Shown here: positions 1-10,623 of the stretch, piece after piece
How the letters are laid out: each line of letters opens with the position of its first letter
Numbering within the stretch: the first letter of the stretch is position 1
NCBI RefSeq assembly: GCF_003018095.1
Contig: NZ_CP027452.1
DNA: 32,000 nucleotides
From: Escherichia coli
Lineage (GTDB): Bacteria; Pseudomonadota; Gammaproteobacteria; Enterobacterales; Enterobacteriaceae
Strand: one strand, 5' to 3'
Notes under the pieces: model-generated
Databases searched by the model: none
Told to the model about the DNA's origin: nothing
The model's input: the letters and a program-made list of their open reading frames with translations, nothing else
Translations under genes and position numbers: made by a program

Positions 1-2
1 AC

Positions 3-911
3 TGGGTTGAATGGGCGAAATCCAATCAGCTCGGTCTGGATTTTAACCCCTCCTGTTTTTCGCATCCGCTAAGCGCCGATGGCTTTACGCTTTCCCATGC
101 CGACGACAGCATTCGCCAGTTCTGGATTGATCACTGCAAGGCCAGCCGCCGCGTTTCGGCCTATTTTGGCGAGTAACTTGGCACGCCATCGGTGATGAAC
201 ATCTGGATCCCGGATGGCATGAAAGATATCACCGTTGACCGTCTCGCTCCGCGCCAGCGTTTGCTGGCAGCACTGGATGAGGTGATCAGCGAGAAGCTGG
301 ATCCGGCGCACCATATCGACGCCGTTGAGAGCAAATTGTTTGGCATTGGCGCGGAGAGCTACACGGTTGGCTCCAATGAGTTTTACCTGGGGTATGCCAC
401 CAGCCGCCAGACGGCGCTGTGCCTGGACGCCGGGCATTTCCACCCGACTGAAGTGATTTCCGACAAGATTTCCGCCGCCATGCTGTATGTGCCGCAGTTG
501 CTGCTGCACGTCAGCCGTCCGGTTCGCTGGGACAGCGATCACGTAGTGCTGCTGGATGATGAAACCCAGGCGATTGCCAGTGAGATTGTTCGTCACGATC
601 TGTTCGACCGGGTGCATATCGGCCTCGACTTCTTCGATGCCTCTATCAACCGCATTGCCGCGTGGGTCATTGGTACACGCAATATGAAAAAAGCCCTGCT
701 ACGTGCGTTACTGGAACCTACCGCTGAACTACGCAAGCTGGAATCGGCGGGCGATTACACTGCGCGTCTGGCGCTACTGGAAGAGCAGAAATCGTTGCCG
801 TGGCAGGCGGTATGGGAAATGTATTGTCAGCGTCACGATACGCCAGCGGGTAGCGAATGGCTGGAGAACGTGCGGGCTTATGAGAAAGAAATTTTGAGTC
901 GCCGCGGGTAA
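3..911 (+). pseudogene. rhaA: L-rhamnose isomerase (C-terminal part in window), interrupted by in-frame TAA at 174-176
   Basis: Frame from base 3 reads [74 protein letters not shown]...; the same frame continues to 911 and matches the recalled RhaA sequence. The 192..911 ORF is the downstream part of this gene. Confidence 0.93.
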
Positions 912-1235
912 ACACTGCCTGATGCGGCGCAAGCGCCTTATCCGGCCTACGGGTCGGCAATAGTTGTAGGCCTGATAAGACGCGACAGCGTCGCATCAGG
1001 CATTGATTGCCGGATGCGGCACAAGTGCCTTATCCGGCCTACGGGTCGGCAATAGTTGTAGGCCTGATAAGACGCGACAGCGTCGCATCAGGCATTGATT
1101 GCCGGATGCGGCACGAGTGCCTTATCCGGCCTACGGGTCGGCAATAGTTGTAGGCCTGATAAGACGCGACAGCGTCGCATCAGGCATTGATTGCCGGATG
1201 CGGCACGAGTGCCTTATCCGGCCTACAGATCGTAT
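912..1235. repeat. REP/BIME-type array, about 3 tandem units with 92-bp period
   Basis: GCCTGATAAGACGCGACAGCGTCGCATCAGGCATTGATTGCCGGATGCGGCAC...TTATCCGGCCTACGGGTCGGCAATAGTTGTAG recurs with starts at 970, 1062 and 1154; contains canonical PU/REP cores. Confidence 0.93.
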
Positions 1236-1279
1236 ATCCGGCAACAGGCACGGACGTCCAATTAACAGGAACACCGAAC

Positions 1280-2104
1280 ATGCAAAACATTACTCAGTCC
1301 TGGTTTGTCCAGGGAATGATTAAAGCCACCACCGACGCCTGGCTGAAAGGCTGGGACGAGCGCAACGGCGGCAACCTGACGCTGCGCCTGGATGACGCCG
1401 ATATCGCACCATATCACGACAATTTTCACCAACAACCGCGCTATATCCCGCTCAGCCAGCCCATGCCTTTACTGGCAAATACACCGTTTATTGTCACCGG
1501 CTCAGGCAAATTCTTCCGTAACGTCCAGCTTGATCCTGCGGCTAACTTAGGCATCGTAAAAGTCGACAGCGACGGCGCGGGCTACCACATTCTTTGGGGG
1601 TTAACCAACAAAGCCGTCCCCACTTCCGAACTTCCGGCTCACTTTCTCTCCCACTGCGAGCGCATTAAAGCCACCAACGGTAAAGATCGGGTGATCATGC
1701 ACTGCCATGCCACCAACCTGATCGCCCTTACCTACGTACTGGAAAACGACACCGCGGTCTTCACTCGCCAACTGTGGGAAGGCAGCACCGAATGTCTGGT
1801 AGTGTTCCCGGATGGCGTCGGCATTTTGCCGTGGATGGTGCCCGGCACCGACGAAATCGGCCAGGCGACCGCACAGGAAATGCAAAAACATTCGCTGGTG
1901 TTGTGGCCCTTCCACGGCGTCTTCGGCAGCGGTCCGACACTGGATGAAACATTCGGTTTAATCGACACCGCAGAAAAATCAGCACAAGTATTAGTGAAGG
2001 TTTATTCGATGGGCGGCATGAAACAGACCATCAGTCGTGAAGAGCTGATAGCGCTCGGCCAGCGTTTCGGCGTTACACCACTCGCCAGTGCGCTGGCGCT
2101 GTAA
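1280..2104 (+). CDS. rhaD: rhamnulose-1-phosphate aldolase
   Basis: [37 protein letters not shown]...; 274 aa; class II aldolase features and context between rhaA and rhaM. The track start at 1187 lies inside the repeat; the ATG at 1280 is more likely. Confidence 0.96.
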   Translation: MQNITQSWFVQGMIKATTDAWLKGWDERNGGNLTLRLDDADIAPYHDNFHQQPRYIPLSQPMPLLANTPFIVTGSGKFFRNVQLDPAANLGIVKVDSDGAGYHILWGLTNKAVPTSELPAHFLSHCERIKATNGKDRVIMHCHATNLIALTYVLENDTAVFTRQLWEGSTECLVVFPDGVGILPWMVPGTDEIGQATAQEMQKHSLVLWPFHGVFGSGPTLDETFGLIDTAEKSAQVLVKVYSMGGMKQTISREELIALGQRFGVTPLASALAL

Positions 2105-2113
2105 GGAGCAAAC

Positions 2114-2428
2114 ATGATCCGCAAAGCCTTTGTCATGCAGGTTAACCCCGACGCCCACGAAGAGTATCAGCGTCGTCATAATCCAATCTGGCCGGAACTG
2201 GAAGCAGTGTTGAAATCTCACGGTGCGCATAACTACGCCATTTACCTCGACAAAGCGCGTAATCTGCTGTTTGCCACGGTAGAGATTGAATCTGAAGAAC
2301 GGTGGAATGCGGTAGCCAGTACTGATGTTTGCCAACGTTGGTGGAAATATATGACCGACGTTATGCCAACTAACCCGGATAACAGCCCAGTCAGTAGCGA
2401 GCTGCAAGAAGTGTTTTACCTGCCTTAA
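2114..2428 (+). CDS. rhaM: L-rhamnose mutarotase
   Basis: 104 aa, [46 protein letters not shown]..., directly after rhaD. Confidence 0.96.
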   Translation: MIRKAFVMQVNPDAHEEYQRRHNPIWPELEAVLKSHGAHNYAIYLDKARNLLFATVEIESEERWNAVASTDVCQRWWKYMTDVMPTNPDNSPVSSELQEVFYLP

Positions 2429-2468
2429 TGAGTTGCGGTGCCGGAAAATATCCAGCACCGCGCCTTCA

Positions 2469-3863
2469 TCAGAAGAAGTATTTAAAGCGAACGCGTGCCC
2501 CGTAACGGTCATCAGTATCATCACCGTGTTTTTTATCACCGTCGCTATCCAGAATGGAGTAATACGTCCCGAGGTAAATATTAAAGTTCTCCATATCCAT
2601 CACATTAGCGAACTGATAAGACGCATGAATGGTGTGAATGGTGTACGTCCCTTCATCATCAATCCAGCAGTCGTTATCACAAACTACACCGCTGAATTCA
2701 TCAATCTTATTGTGCGCGTAGATATAACCGAGCTCGAAACGTTTCCACAGCGCGTTAATCCCGGCAGTGAAATCTTTCTCATTATTAGCATCTAAATAGG
2801 CGGTATTAAGATTAACTACGACGCCATTTTCCGGATCCGTTTTCAGGCCATTCCAGGTCATGCTCATACCATAGCCGGTACGATCGGACTGATCGACAAA
2901 ATTACCCTTGCTATCGGTATAACCATAAGCATTATTTACTACGTTCGCTTCCATCGCTGCGGAAACGGTGAATTCTTCCGTCGGCGACCAGGCAATTACT
3001 GGACGCAGATAAGCAACATTTTTCTGCTGCTCCATATCGCGTCCATGATAATTACCGTCATTATATAAAGATGTTCCGTCTTCAAGTAACGTGTTTAATT
3101 CAAAATACCAGTTATCAAGTTGTTTGCTGACGAGGAAATTACCGCCAGCGTTAGAGCGCCCGCGGCCCTCTTTCATCATATAGATATAACCGCTGCCATC
3201 GTCATAAAGATCGTTCGCAGTATTACCGGAATGTTCAACAAAGGTATCCTGATTCAGCGGGAACATATCGTAGGCTTCAAAACGACCTACTTTGACCTTC
3301 CAGTCGTTTTCTTTGCCAAAGAAGAATACCGCATCATCGATATTTACTGAACCGTGCATGTCCCCCAGCGGTTGTGCGGAGAACCCGGCGAAATAACCAT
3401 TATCCAGTTTTCGCATACCATCAAAACCTAACAGAATACGACCATTGAGATTCCACTGTTCATTAGTGGGATCGCTATTCACATCAGCGTTGGTCATTGC
3501 CAGCAGGCCATGATTACTTTCCGCATCCATATTAAATTCTACGTCGCCGTAGATTTTTAAATCGCCATAACCTGAGAGCAAAAGATTAGGTGAGGTGGAA
3601 TTTTTCTTTGCAGATTCCGCCGTTGCCTGTCCATTTACCGGCGTATTGCCCTGGGCAGCCTTAATTTCGCGGATCTCAGCGGCTTGTTGTGTCTGCAGCT
3701 GTTTAACCTGGCTCTCTGCTTTTGCTGCCCGCATTTCTGCCGCTTCCAGGCGTTCTTCCAGCAATGCCATGCGTTGTTCCAGCGTTAAATGCTGTGTTTT
3801 TGCCATTCCGGTACTACATGCCAATAATAAACCGATGGCTAACGATAATGTCGATTTTTTCAT
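2469..3863 (-). CDS. RafY-like carbohydrate porin (glycoporin), with N-terminal coiled-coil segment
   Basis: 464 aa; signal peptide MKKSTLSLAIGLLLACSTGMA; heptad-like LTLEQRMALLEERLEAAEMRAAKAESQVKQLQ; beta-strand-rich body; terminal aromatic ...RVRFKYFF typical of outer-membrane barrels. Confidence 0.85.
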   Translation of the reverse strand: MKKSTLSLAIGLLLACSTGMAKTQHLTLEQRMALLEERLEAAEMRAAKAESQVKQLQTQQAAEIREIKAAQGNTPVNGQATAESAKKNSTSPNLLLSGYGDLKIYGDVEFNMDAESNHGLLAMTNADVNSDPTNEQWNLNGRILLGFDGMRKLDNGYFAGFSAQPLGDMHGSVNIDDAVFFFGKENDWKVKVGRFEAYDMFPLNQDTFVEHSGNTANDLYDDGSGYIYMMKEGRGRSNAGGNFLVSKQLDNWYFELNTLLEDGTSLYNDGNYHGRDMEQQKNVAYLRPVIAWSPTEEFTVSAAMEANVVNNAYGYTDSKGNFVDQSDRTGYGMSMTWNGLKTDPENGVVVNLNTAYLDANNEKDFTAGINALWKRFELGYIYAHNKIDEFSGVVCDNDCWIDDEGTYTIHTIHASYQFANVMDMENFNIYLGTYYSILDSDGDKKHGDDTDDRYGARVRFKYFF

Positions 3864-4215
3864 TATTTACGTTCCCTGAAATAAAAGAGACCCTACGCTT
3901 TCCAAAAGGAATACGTATATAGAGAAATATAAGGTGTGCACTTTCGAATTTTTAATCCAACTTCAGCAGGCCGATGGATAGTATCCCGCCATATAATATG
4001 AGTAAATCCGCTGATTTCCTGGAACGTGAGGAATATAACAATAGTGCCGTTTTTAACTAAATATCGTAAAAAATATTAGATATGATTCACGCTGACTCAT
4101 AAGCCACAAATATAAATAACGCTTAAACAAATTATCTGAGACATTTAAACATTCACAAAATCATTAAATAATGATACTTTATTCACAAAATTTATCCTTC
4201 ACTCTGCTTTATATT

Positions 4216-4231
4216 GTCACGACTTCGTGAC
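4216..4231. repeat. perfect inverted repeat GTCACGA-CT-TCGTGAC
   Basis: Read directly: ttatattGTCACGACTTCGTGACatatcc. Confidence 0.75.
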
Positions 4232-4283
4232 ATATCCGCGCTCATCACAAACCCGCTCCGCGATTACAATTGACTGAAATATT

Positions 4284-4949
4284 TCATCGACCATTTCGTT
4301 GTACTCGCATAATGCTCTCGGGAAATGAGTCTTCGGCCATCCAGCTTGAGTTTGCGTCCTGAAGTTGCTCTTTATCCCAGTCAGAGTACGGGACTTTATC
4401 TCTGATGCGGCGAACGTATTTTTTAGCCTCGAGTTGATACTGGCCTGCCGAATTAATAAACGAGAAATTCATGCCGCTTTTATCCGCTTCTTTGGCCTGC
4501 GCCACCAGCGTTTCCAGTTCAGACACTTTCTTCATTGCCGCTTCTGCATCAAACTTATCTTGCGATATCAGGTTATTAATTTGTTTCGCTGAAATCATGA
4601 CTGCCAGAGAGTAGTAGTAGTGGAATGTTTTCCCTTCTCTTTCTTCAATATTTTTCAATTCCGTAAGCTGGCGCTTGTCATTAATTTCCTGAATCGCCGC
4701 AAGATAAGATTCTGCTACAGGTTCAAAGGCTTCCAGATTTTTTAAGAATGTCTGGTGCAGCGTTTTCCCTTTCGCAAACGCATCGTCTTTATAATTTTCC
4801 TGGATGTAATATTTATCCATTTCGTTAATGGTATTACCCAACGCTACGGCAGCATCAATATAACTCACCGCCACGCCATCAATAGGTTGCAACGCAGGCG
4901 TTAACGCCACTACACGCGTTTTGTTTATAAATAAAATAATAAAATTCAC
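4284..4949 (-). pseudogene. yiiG: YiiG (DUF3829-type lipoprotein) fragment lacking the N-terminal region and frameshifted at the C-terminus
   Basis: LTPALQPIDGVAVSYIDAAVALGNTINEMDKYYIQENYKDDAFAKGKTLHQTF... matches recalled YiiG, but signal peptide/lipobox and roughly the first 100+ residues are absent. The 3' end reads ...DSFPESIMRVQRNGR*, while shifting one base after CCC gives ...DSFPRALCEYNEMVDE. Confidence 0.8.
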
Positions 4950-4955
4950 GAAATG

Positions 4956-4994
4956 AATAAGTCCTGCAATTTAATATATATCGCAGGACTTATT
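4956..4994. terminator. 12-bp perfect stem AATAAGTCCTGC / GCAGGACTTATT, 15-nt loop; probable fdhD terminator, possibly bidirectional
   Basis: Located immediately 3' of the fdhD stop, with an A/T-rich stem base. Confidence 0.6.
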
Positions 4995-4998
4995 TTAA

Positions 4999-5832
4999 TT
5001 AATTGCTCAAACGCTGCGGATGGGTATAAACCGTTGCCCGACCCGGCTTACAAAAGCCCACCAGCGTCAAATTACAGCGTTCAGCCACTTCTACAGCAAG
5101 TGTGGTCGCGGCAGACACCGCAAACAAAATCTCTACGCCACACATCGCTGACTTTTGCACCATTTCATAACTGGCACGGCTGGAAACCAGCACCGCACCT
5201 TGCTGCCAGCTTTCCCCTTCTTGTGACCGGCGGCCTAACAGTTTGTCCAGCGCCACATGGCGACCCACGTCTTCATGCCCGCCGACCAGTTCGCCAGATG
5301 GCAACATCCAGGCGGCGGCGTGAGTACAACCGGTCAGTTGCCCCACTGGCTGAAAATCATTGAGATGACGTAATGCATCATCCAGTTTGTTGAGATCAAA
5401 CGTCTGGGTGAACGGTAGCGGCTGCACCGGTTTTCCGATGTCATTAAGTTGCTCCACGCCGCACACGCCACATCCCGTACGTCCCGCCAGTGCCCGGCGA
5501 CGCTCCTTCAACCCCATAAAGCGGCGACTGGAAAGCTCAATTTGTACTTCAAGACCATTACAGGAAGGAACGACATCCATGCCGAAGATATCGCGCGGAC
5601 TTTCGATAATCCCCTCTGAAAGCGAAAAACCGAGCGCAAAGTACTCAAGGTCTTTGGGCGACGCCATCATCACCACATGCGAAATACCGTTGTAGACCAG
5701 CGCAACGGGAACTTCTTCCGCCACCTCATCTAACCGTGGGTGTTGTAAATCATCATGCCGCCATAACTCAATTTGACGAACACCTGTGATATTTGTCACA
5801 TTTTCGATTTCTTTTTGCTGTGTTTTTTTCAC
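4999..5832 (-). CDS. fdhD: formate dehydrogenase accessory sulfurtransferase FdhD (GTG start)
   Basis: 277 aa; [24 protein letters not shown]..., [12 protein letters not shown] Cys motif; divergent from fdoG. Confidence 0.96.
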   Translation of the reverse strand: MKKTQQKEIENVTNITGVRQIELWRHDDLQHPRLDEVAEEVPVALVYNGISHVVMMASPKDLEYFALGFSLSEGIIESPRDIFGMDVVPSCNGLEVQIELSSRRFMGLKERRRALAGRTGCGVCGVEQLNDIGKPVQPLPFTQTFDLNKLDDALRHLNDFQPVGQLTGCTHAAAWMLPSGELVGGHEDVGRHVALDKLLGRRSQEGESWQQGAVLVSSRASYEMVQKSAMCGVEILFAVSAATTLAVEVAERCNLTLVGFCKPGRATVYTHPQRLSN

Positions 5833-6025
5833 TTTCTCTTAACCAGATAAGAACACACACACCAACATTATGGTATTCTGTTACAAACCCTTCCTGGATG
5901 GAGGGAAATTGAGCCAATTCTGGACCTTTGCGGCCCCTTCCGCAAAGAAAAATAACTCCCACTCCCTGCACACGCAGCAAGCGAATGTAAATGGGACGTG
6001 ACAATGTCGAAACAAGGAGCAATCC

Positions 6026-9000
6026 ATGCAGGTCAGCAGAAGGCAGTTCTTTAAGATCTGCGCTGGCGGTATGGCAGGCACCACGGCAGCGGCACTGGGT
6101 TTTGCACCCAGCGTAGCACTCGCGGAAACCCGGCAGTATAAACTGCTGCGCACCCGCGAAACCCGTAATACCTGCACCTATTGTTCCGTAGGCTGTGGGC
6201 TGTTGATGTACAGCCTCGGTGACGGAGCAAAAAACGCCAAAGCATCTATCTTCCATATCGAAGGTGACCCGGATCACCCGGTCAACCGCGGTGCACTTTG
6301 TCCGAAAGGCGCTGGCCTGGTGGATTTCATCCACTCCGAAAGCCGTCTGAAGTTTCCGGAATACCGTGCGCCAGGTTCTGATAAATGGCAGCAAATCAGT
6401 TGGGAAGAGGCGTTTGATCGCATCGCCAAACTGATGAAAGAAGACCGCGATGCTAACTACATTGCGCAAAACGCCGAAGGCGTGACCGTTAACCGCTGGC
6501 TCTCCACCGGGATGCTGTGTGCTTCCGCGTCGAGTAACGAAACCGGCTATTTAACGCAAAAATTCTCCCGCGCGCTGGGTATGCTCGCGGTCGACAACCA
6601 GGCGCGTGTCTGACACGGACCAACGGTAGCAAGTCTTGCTCCAACATTTGGTCGCGGTGCGATGACCAACCACTGGGTCGACATCAAGAACGCCAACCTC
6701 GTCGTGGTGATGGGTGGTAACGCCGCTGAAGCTCACCCGGTCGGGTTCCGCTGGGCGATGGAAGCCAAAATTCACAATGGCGCGAAGCTGATTGTGATCG
6801 ATCCTCGCTTTACGCGTACGGCGGCGGTAGCTGACTACTATGCCCCTATTCGTTCCGGTACTGACATTGCTTTCCTGTCAGGCGTATTGCTGTACCTGCT
6901 GAACAATGAAAAATTCAACCGCGAATACACCGAAGCCTATACCAACGCCAGCCTGATCGTGCGTGAGGATTACGGCTTTGAAGATGGCCTGTTCACCGGC
7001 TATGACGCGGAAAAACGTAAGTACGATAAATCCTCCTGGACTTACGAACTGGACGAAAACGGCTTCGCCAAACGCGATACTACCCTGCAACATCCACGTT
7101 GCGTGTGGAACTTGCTGAAACAGCACGTTTCCCGCTACACGCCAGATGTGGTTGAAAACATCTGTGGTACGCCAAAAGACGCATTCCTGAAAGTCTGCGA
7201 ATACATCGCTGAGACCAGTGCTCACGATAAAACTGCCTCGTTCCTTTACGCGCTCGGCTGGACGCAACACTCCATTGGTGCGCAAAACATTCGTACGATG
7301 GCGATGATCCAGTTGCTGCTCGGCAATATGGGGATGGCTGGCGGCGGCGTTAACGCCCTGCGCGGTCACTCCAATATTCAGGGGCTGACCGACCTGGGGC
7401 TGCTGTCGCAGAGTCTGCCAGGTTACATGACGTTGCCAAGCGAGAAGCAGACCGATCTGCAAACTTACCTCGCTGCCAACACGCCAAAACCACTGCTGGA
7501 AGGCCAGGTCAACTACTGGGGCAACTACCCGAAATTCTTCGTCTCAATGATGAAGGCATTCTTTGGTGATAAAGCGACGGCGGAAAATAGCTGGGGCTTT
7601 GACTGGTTGCCGAAGTGGGATAAAGGCTACGACGTCCTGCAATACTTCGAGATGATGAAAGAAGGCAAGGTCAATGGCTATATCTGCCAGGGCTTTAACC
7701 CTGTTGCCTCATTCCCGAACAAAAACAAAGTGATCGGTTGTCTGTCGAAACTGAAGTTCCTCGTCACCATCGACCCGCTGAACACTGAAACCTCTAACTT
7801 CTGGCAGAACCACGGTGAGCTGAACGAAGTTGACTCGTCGAAGATCCAGACCGAAGTGTTCCGTCTGCCATCGACTTGCTTCGCAGAAGAGAACGGTTCA
7901 ATCGTTAACTCCGGTCGCTGGTTACAGTGGCACTGGAAAGGTGCGGACGCCCCAGGGATTGCGCTGACTGATGGCGAGATCCTCTCCGGTATCTTCCTGC
8001 GCTTGCGCAAGATGTATGCCGAACAGGGTGGCGCAAACCCGGACCAGGTGCTGAATATGACCTGGAACTACGCCATTCCGCATGAGCCGAAGTCGGAAGA
8101 AGTGGCGATGGAGAGCAACGGTAAGGCGCTGGCCGATATTACCGATCCGGCAACCGGTGCGGTTATCGTCAAGAAAGGCCAACAACTTAGCTCGTTCGCC
8201 CAACTGCGCGATGACGGTACGACCTCCTGTGGCTGCTGGATTTTCGCCGGTAGCTGGACGCCAGAAGGTAACCAGATGGCGCGTCGTGATAACGCCGATC
8301 CGTCTGGCCTCGGTAACACGCTGGGCTGGGCATGGGCATGGCCGCTTAACCGCCGCATTCTGTATAACCGCGCCTCCGCAGATCCGCAGGGTAACCCATG
8401 GGATCCGAAGCGTCAGTTGCTGAAATGGGACGGCACTAAGTGGACCGGCTGGGATATTCCGGACTACAGCGCAGCGCCTCCGGGCAGCGGCGTAGGGCCG
8501 TTTATCATGCAGCAGGAAGGCATGGGACGTCTGTTTGCCCTCGATAAGATGGCGGAAGGTCCGTTCCCGGAACACTACGAGCCGTTTGAAACGCCGCTGG
8601 GAACTAACCCGCTGCATCCAAACGTTATCTCGAACCCGGCTGCGCGTATCTTTAAAGACGACGCCGAAGCATTGGGTAAAGCCGATAAGTTCCCGTATGT
8701 CGGAACCACCTATCGTCTGACCGAGCACTTCCACTACTGGACCAAACACGCGCTGTTGAATGCGATTTTGCAACCAGAGCAGTTTGTGGAAATCGGGGAG
8801 TCGCTGGCGAATAAACTTGGCATTGCCCAGGGCGATACTGTGAAAGTCTCCTCCAACCGTGGCTATATCAAAGCCAAAGCGGTAGTGACCAAACGTATTC
8901 GCACGCTGAAAGCAAACGGCAAAGATATCGATACCATCGGTATTCCGATTCACTGGGGCTATGAAGGTGTTGCGAAAAAAGGCTTTATTGCCAATACGTT

Positions 9001-9076
9001 GACGCCATTCGTCGGTGATGCGAACACGCAGACGCCGGAGTTTAAGTCCTTCCTTGTGAATGTGGAAAAGGTGTAA
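6026..9076 (+). CDS. fdoG: formate dehydrogenase-O major subunit, selenoprotein (UGA=Sec at codon 196)
   Basis: ORF 6026..6613 ends in TGA at 6611-6613 within ...NQARV-U-HGPTVASLAPTFGRGAMTNHWVDIKNAN..., continuous in the same frame to 9076; TAT-type signal SRRQFFKICAGGMAG; 1016 aa total. Confidence 0.97.
6611..6655 (+). promoter_or_regulatory. bacterial SECIS element region immediately downstream of the UGA Sec codon
   Basis: TGA CAC GGA CCA ACG GTA GCA AGT CTT GCT...; position follows the established fdn/fdo/fdhF SECIS placement. Folding was not computed. Confidence 0.7.
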
Positions 9077-9088
9077 CGGAGACGACAT

Positions 9089-9991
9089 ATGGCTTATCAA
9101 TCGCAAGATATCATTCGTCGTTCCGCGACTAACGGTCTGACCCCCGCGCCTCAGGCGCGGGACTTCCAGGAAGAAGTGGCGAAACTCATCGACGTTACCA
9201 CCTGTATCGGCTGTAAAGCCTGTCAGGTGGCGTGTTCAGAGTGGAACGACATTCGCGATACCGTCGGCAATAACATTGGGGTGTACGACAACCCCAATGA
9301 TTTAAGTGCCAAATCGTGGACGGTGATGCGATTCTCGGAAGTGGAGCAGAACGACAAACTGGAATGGCTGATCCGCAAAGACGGCTGTATGCACTGTTCC
9401 GATCCAGGCTGCCTGAAAGCGTGCCCGGCGGAAGGGGCAATTATTCAGTATGCCAACGGTATCGTCGACTTCCAGTCCGAGCAGTGCATCGGCTGCGGTT
9501 ATTGCATTGCGGGCTGTCCGTTCGACATTCCGCGCCTCAACCCGGAAGACAACCGCGTCTACAAATGTACGCTGTGCGTTGACCGCGTGGTGGTTGGGCA
9601 AGAACCGGCCTGCGTGAAGACCTGCCCAACGGGCGCGATTCACTTCGGTACGAAAGAGTCGATGAAAACGCTGGCGAGCGAGCGCGTGGCGGAGCTGAAA
9701 ACCCGTGGTTACGACAATGCGGGTTTGTACGACCCGGCAGGCGTCGGTGGTACACATGTTATGTACGTGCTGCACCATGCTGACAAGCCAAATCTGTATC
9801 ATGGCTTGCCGGAGAACCCGGAAATCAGCGAAACCGTGAAATTCTGGAAAGGCATCTGGAAACCGCTCGCAGCTGTTGGCTTTGCGGCTACCTTCGCAGC
9901 CAGTATCTTCCACTACGTGGGTGTCGGTCCGAACCGTGCGGATGAGGAAGAGAATAATCTGCACGAAGAGAAAGACGAGGAGCGCAAATGA
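9089..9991 (+). CDS. fdoH: formate dehydrogenase-O iron-sulfur subunit
   Basis: 300 aa with multiple CxxCxxCxxxC 4Fe-4S motifs ([48 protein letters not shown]). Confidence 0.97.
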
Positions 9992-10623
9992 AACGACGTG
10001 ACACCATCGTGCGCTACACCGCGCCGGAACGTATCAACCACTGGATCACCGCCTTCTGCTTCATTCTGGCGGCGGTGAGCGGGCTGGGCTTTTTGTTCCC
10101 GTCCTTCAACTGGTTGATGCAAATCATGGGCACACCGCAGCTGGCGCGCATTCTGCACCCGTTTGTCGGCGTGGTTATGTTTGCCTCGTTCATCATCATG
10201 TTTTTCCGTTACTGGCATCACAACCTAATCAATCGGGATGATATCTTTTGGGCGAAGAATATTCGTAAGATCGTCGTCAACGAGGAAGTAGGTGACACCG
10301 GGCGTTATAACTTCGGTCAGAAATGCGTTTTCTGGGCGGCGATTATTTTCCTGGTTCTGCTGCTGGTGAGCGGCGTGATTATCTGGCGTCCTTATTTTGC
10401 GCCTGCTTTCTCAATCCCGGTGATCCGATTCGCGTTAATGCTGCATTCATTTGCCGCAGTGGCGTTAATTGTGGTTATCATGGTGCATATCTACGCCGCC
10501 CTTTGGGTGAAAGGCACGATTACCGCCATGGTGGAAGGATGGGTTACCAGCGCCTGGGCGAAGAAACATCACCCGCGCTGGTACCGTGAGGTCCGCAAGA
10601 CAACGGAAAAGAAAGCTGAATGA
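9988..10623 (+). CDS. fdoI: formate dehydrogenase-O cytochrome b556 subunit
   Basis: 211 aa, multi-TM, overlaps fdoH stop by 4 nt; [23 protein letters not shown]... Confidence 0.97.

Noticed and set aside
912-1235. CRISPR array possibility
   Set aside because: Units are 92-bp near-identical tandem REP/BIME sequences, with no short repeats separated by unique spacers and no cas genes.
1991-2539. 182-aa minus-strand ORF antisense to rhaM
   Set aside because: Mirror ORF of rhaD 3' end/rhaM; no recognisable product.
2469-4949. Insertion-sequence driven replacement of the frv region
   Set aside because: No transposase ORF, terminal inverted repeats or target duplications that I can read in the interval; allelic replacement or homologous exchange is more likely.
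5768-6469. 233-aa minus-strand ORF spanning the fdhD-fdoG intergenic region and fdoG start
   Set aside because: Overlaps fdoG in antisense and lacks domain-like features.
7922-9106. 394-aa minus-strand ORF inside fdoG
   Set aside because: Antisense mirror ORF of a strongly coding GC-rich gene; His/Arg/Gln-rich composition typical of such artefacts.
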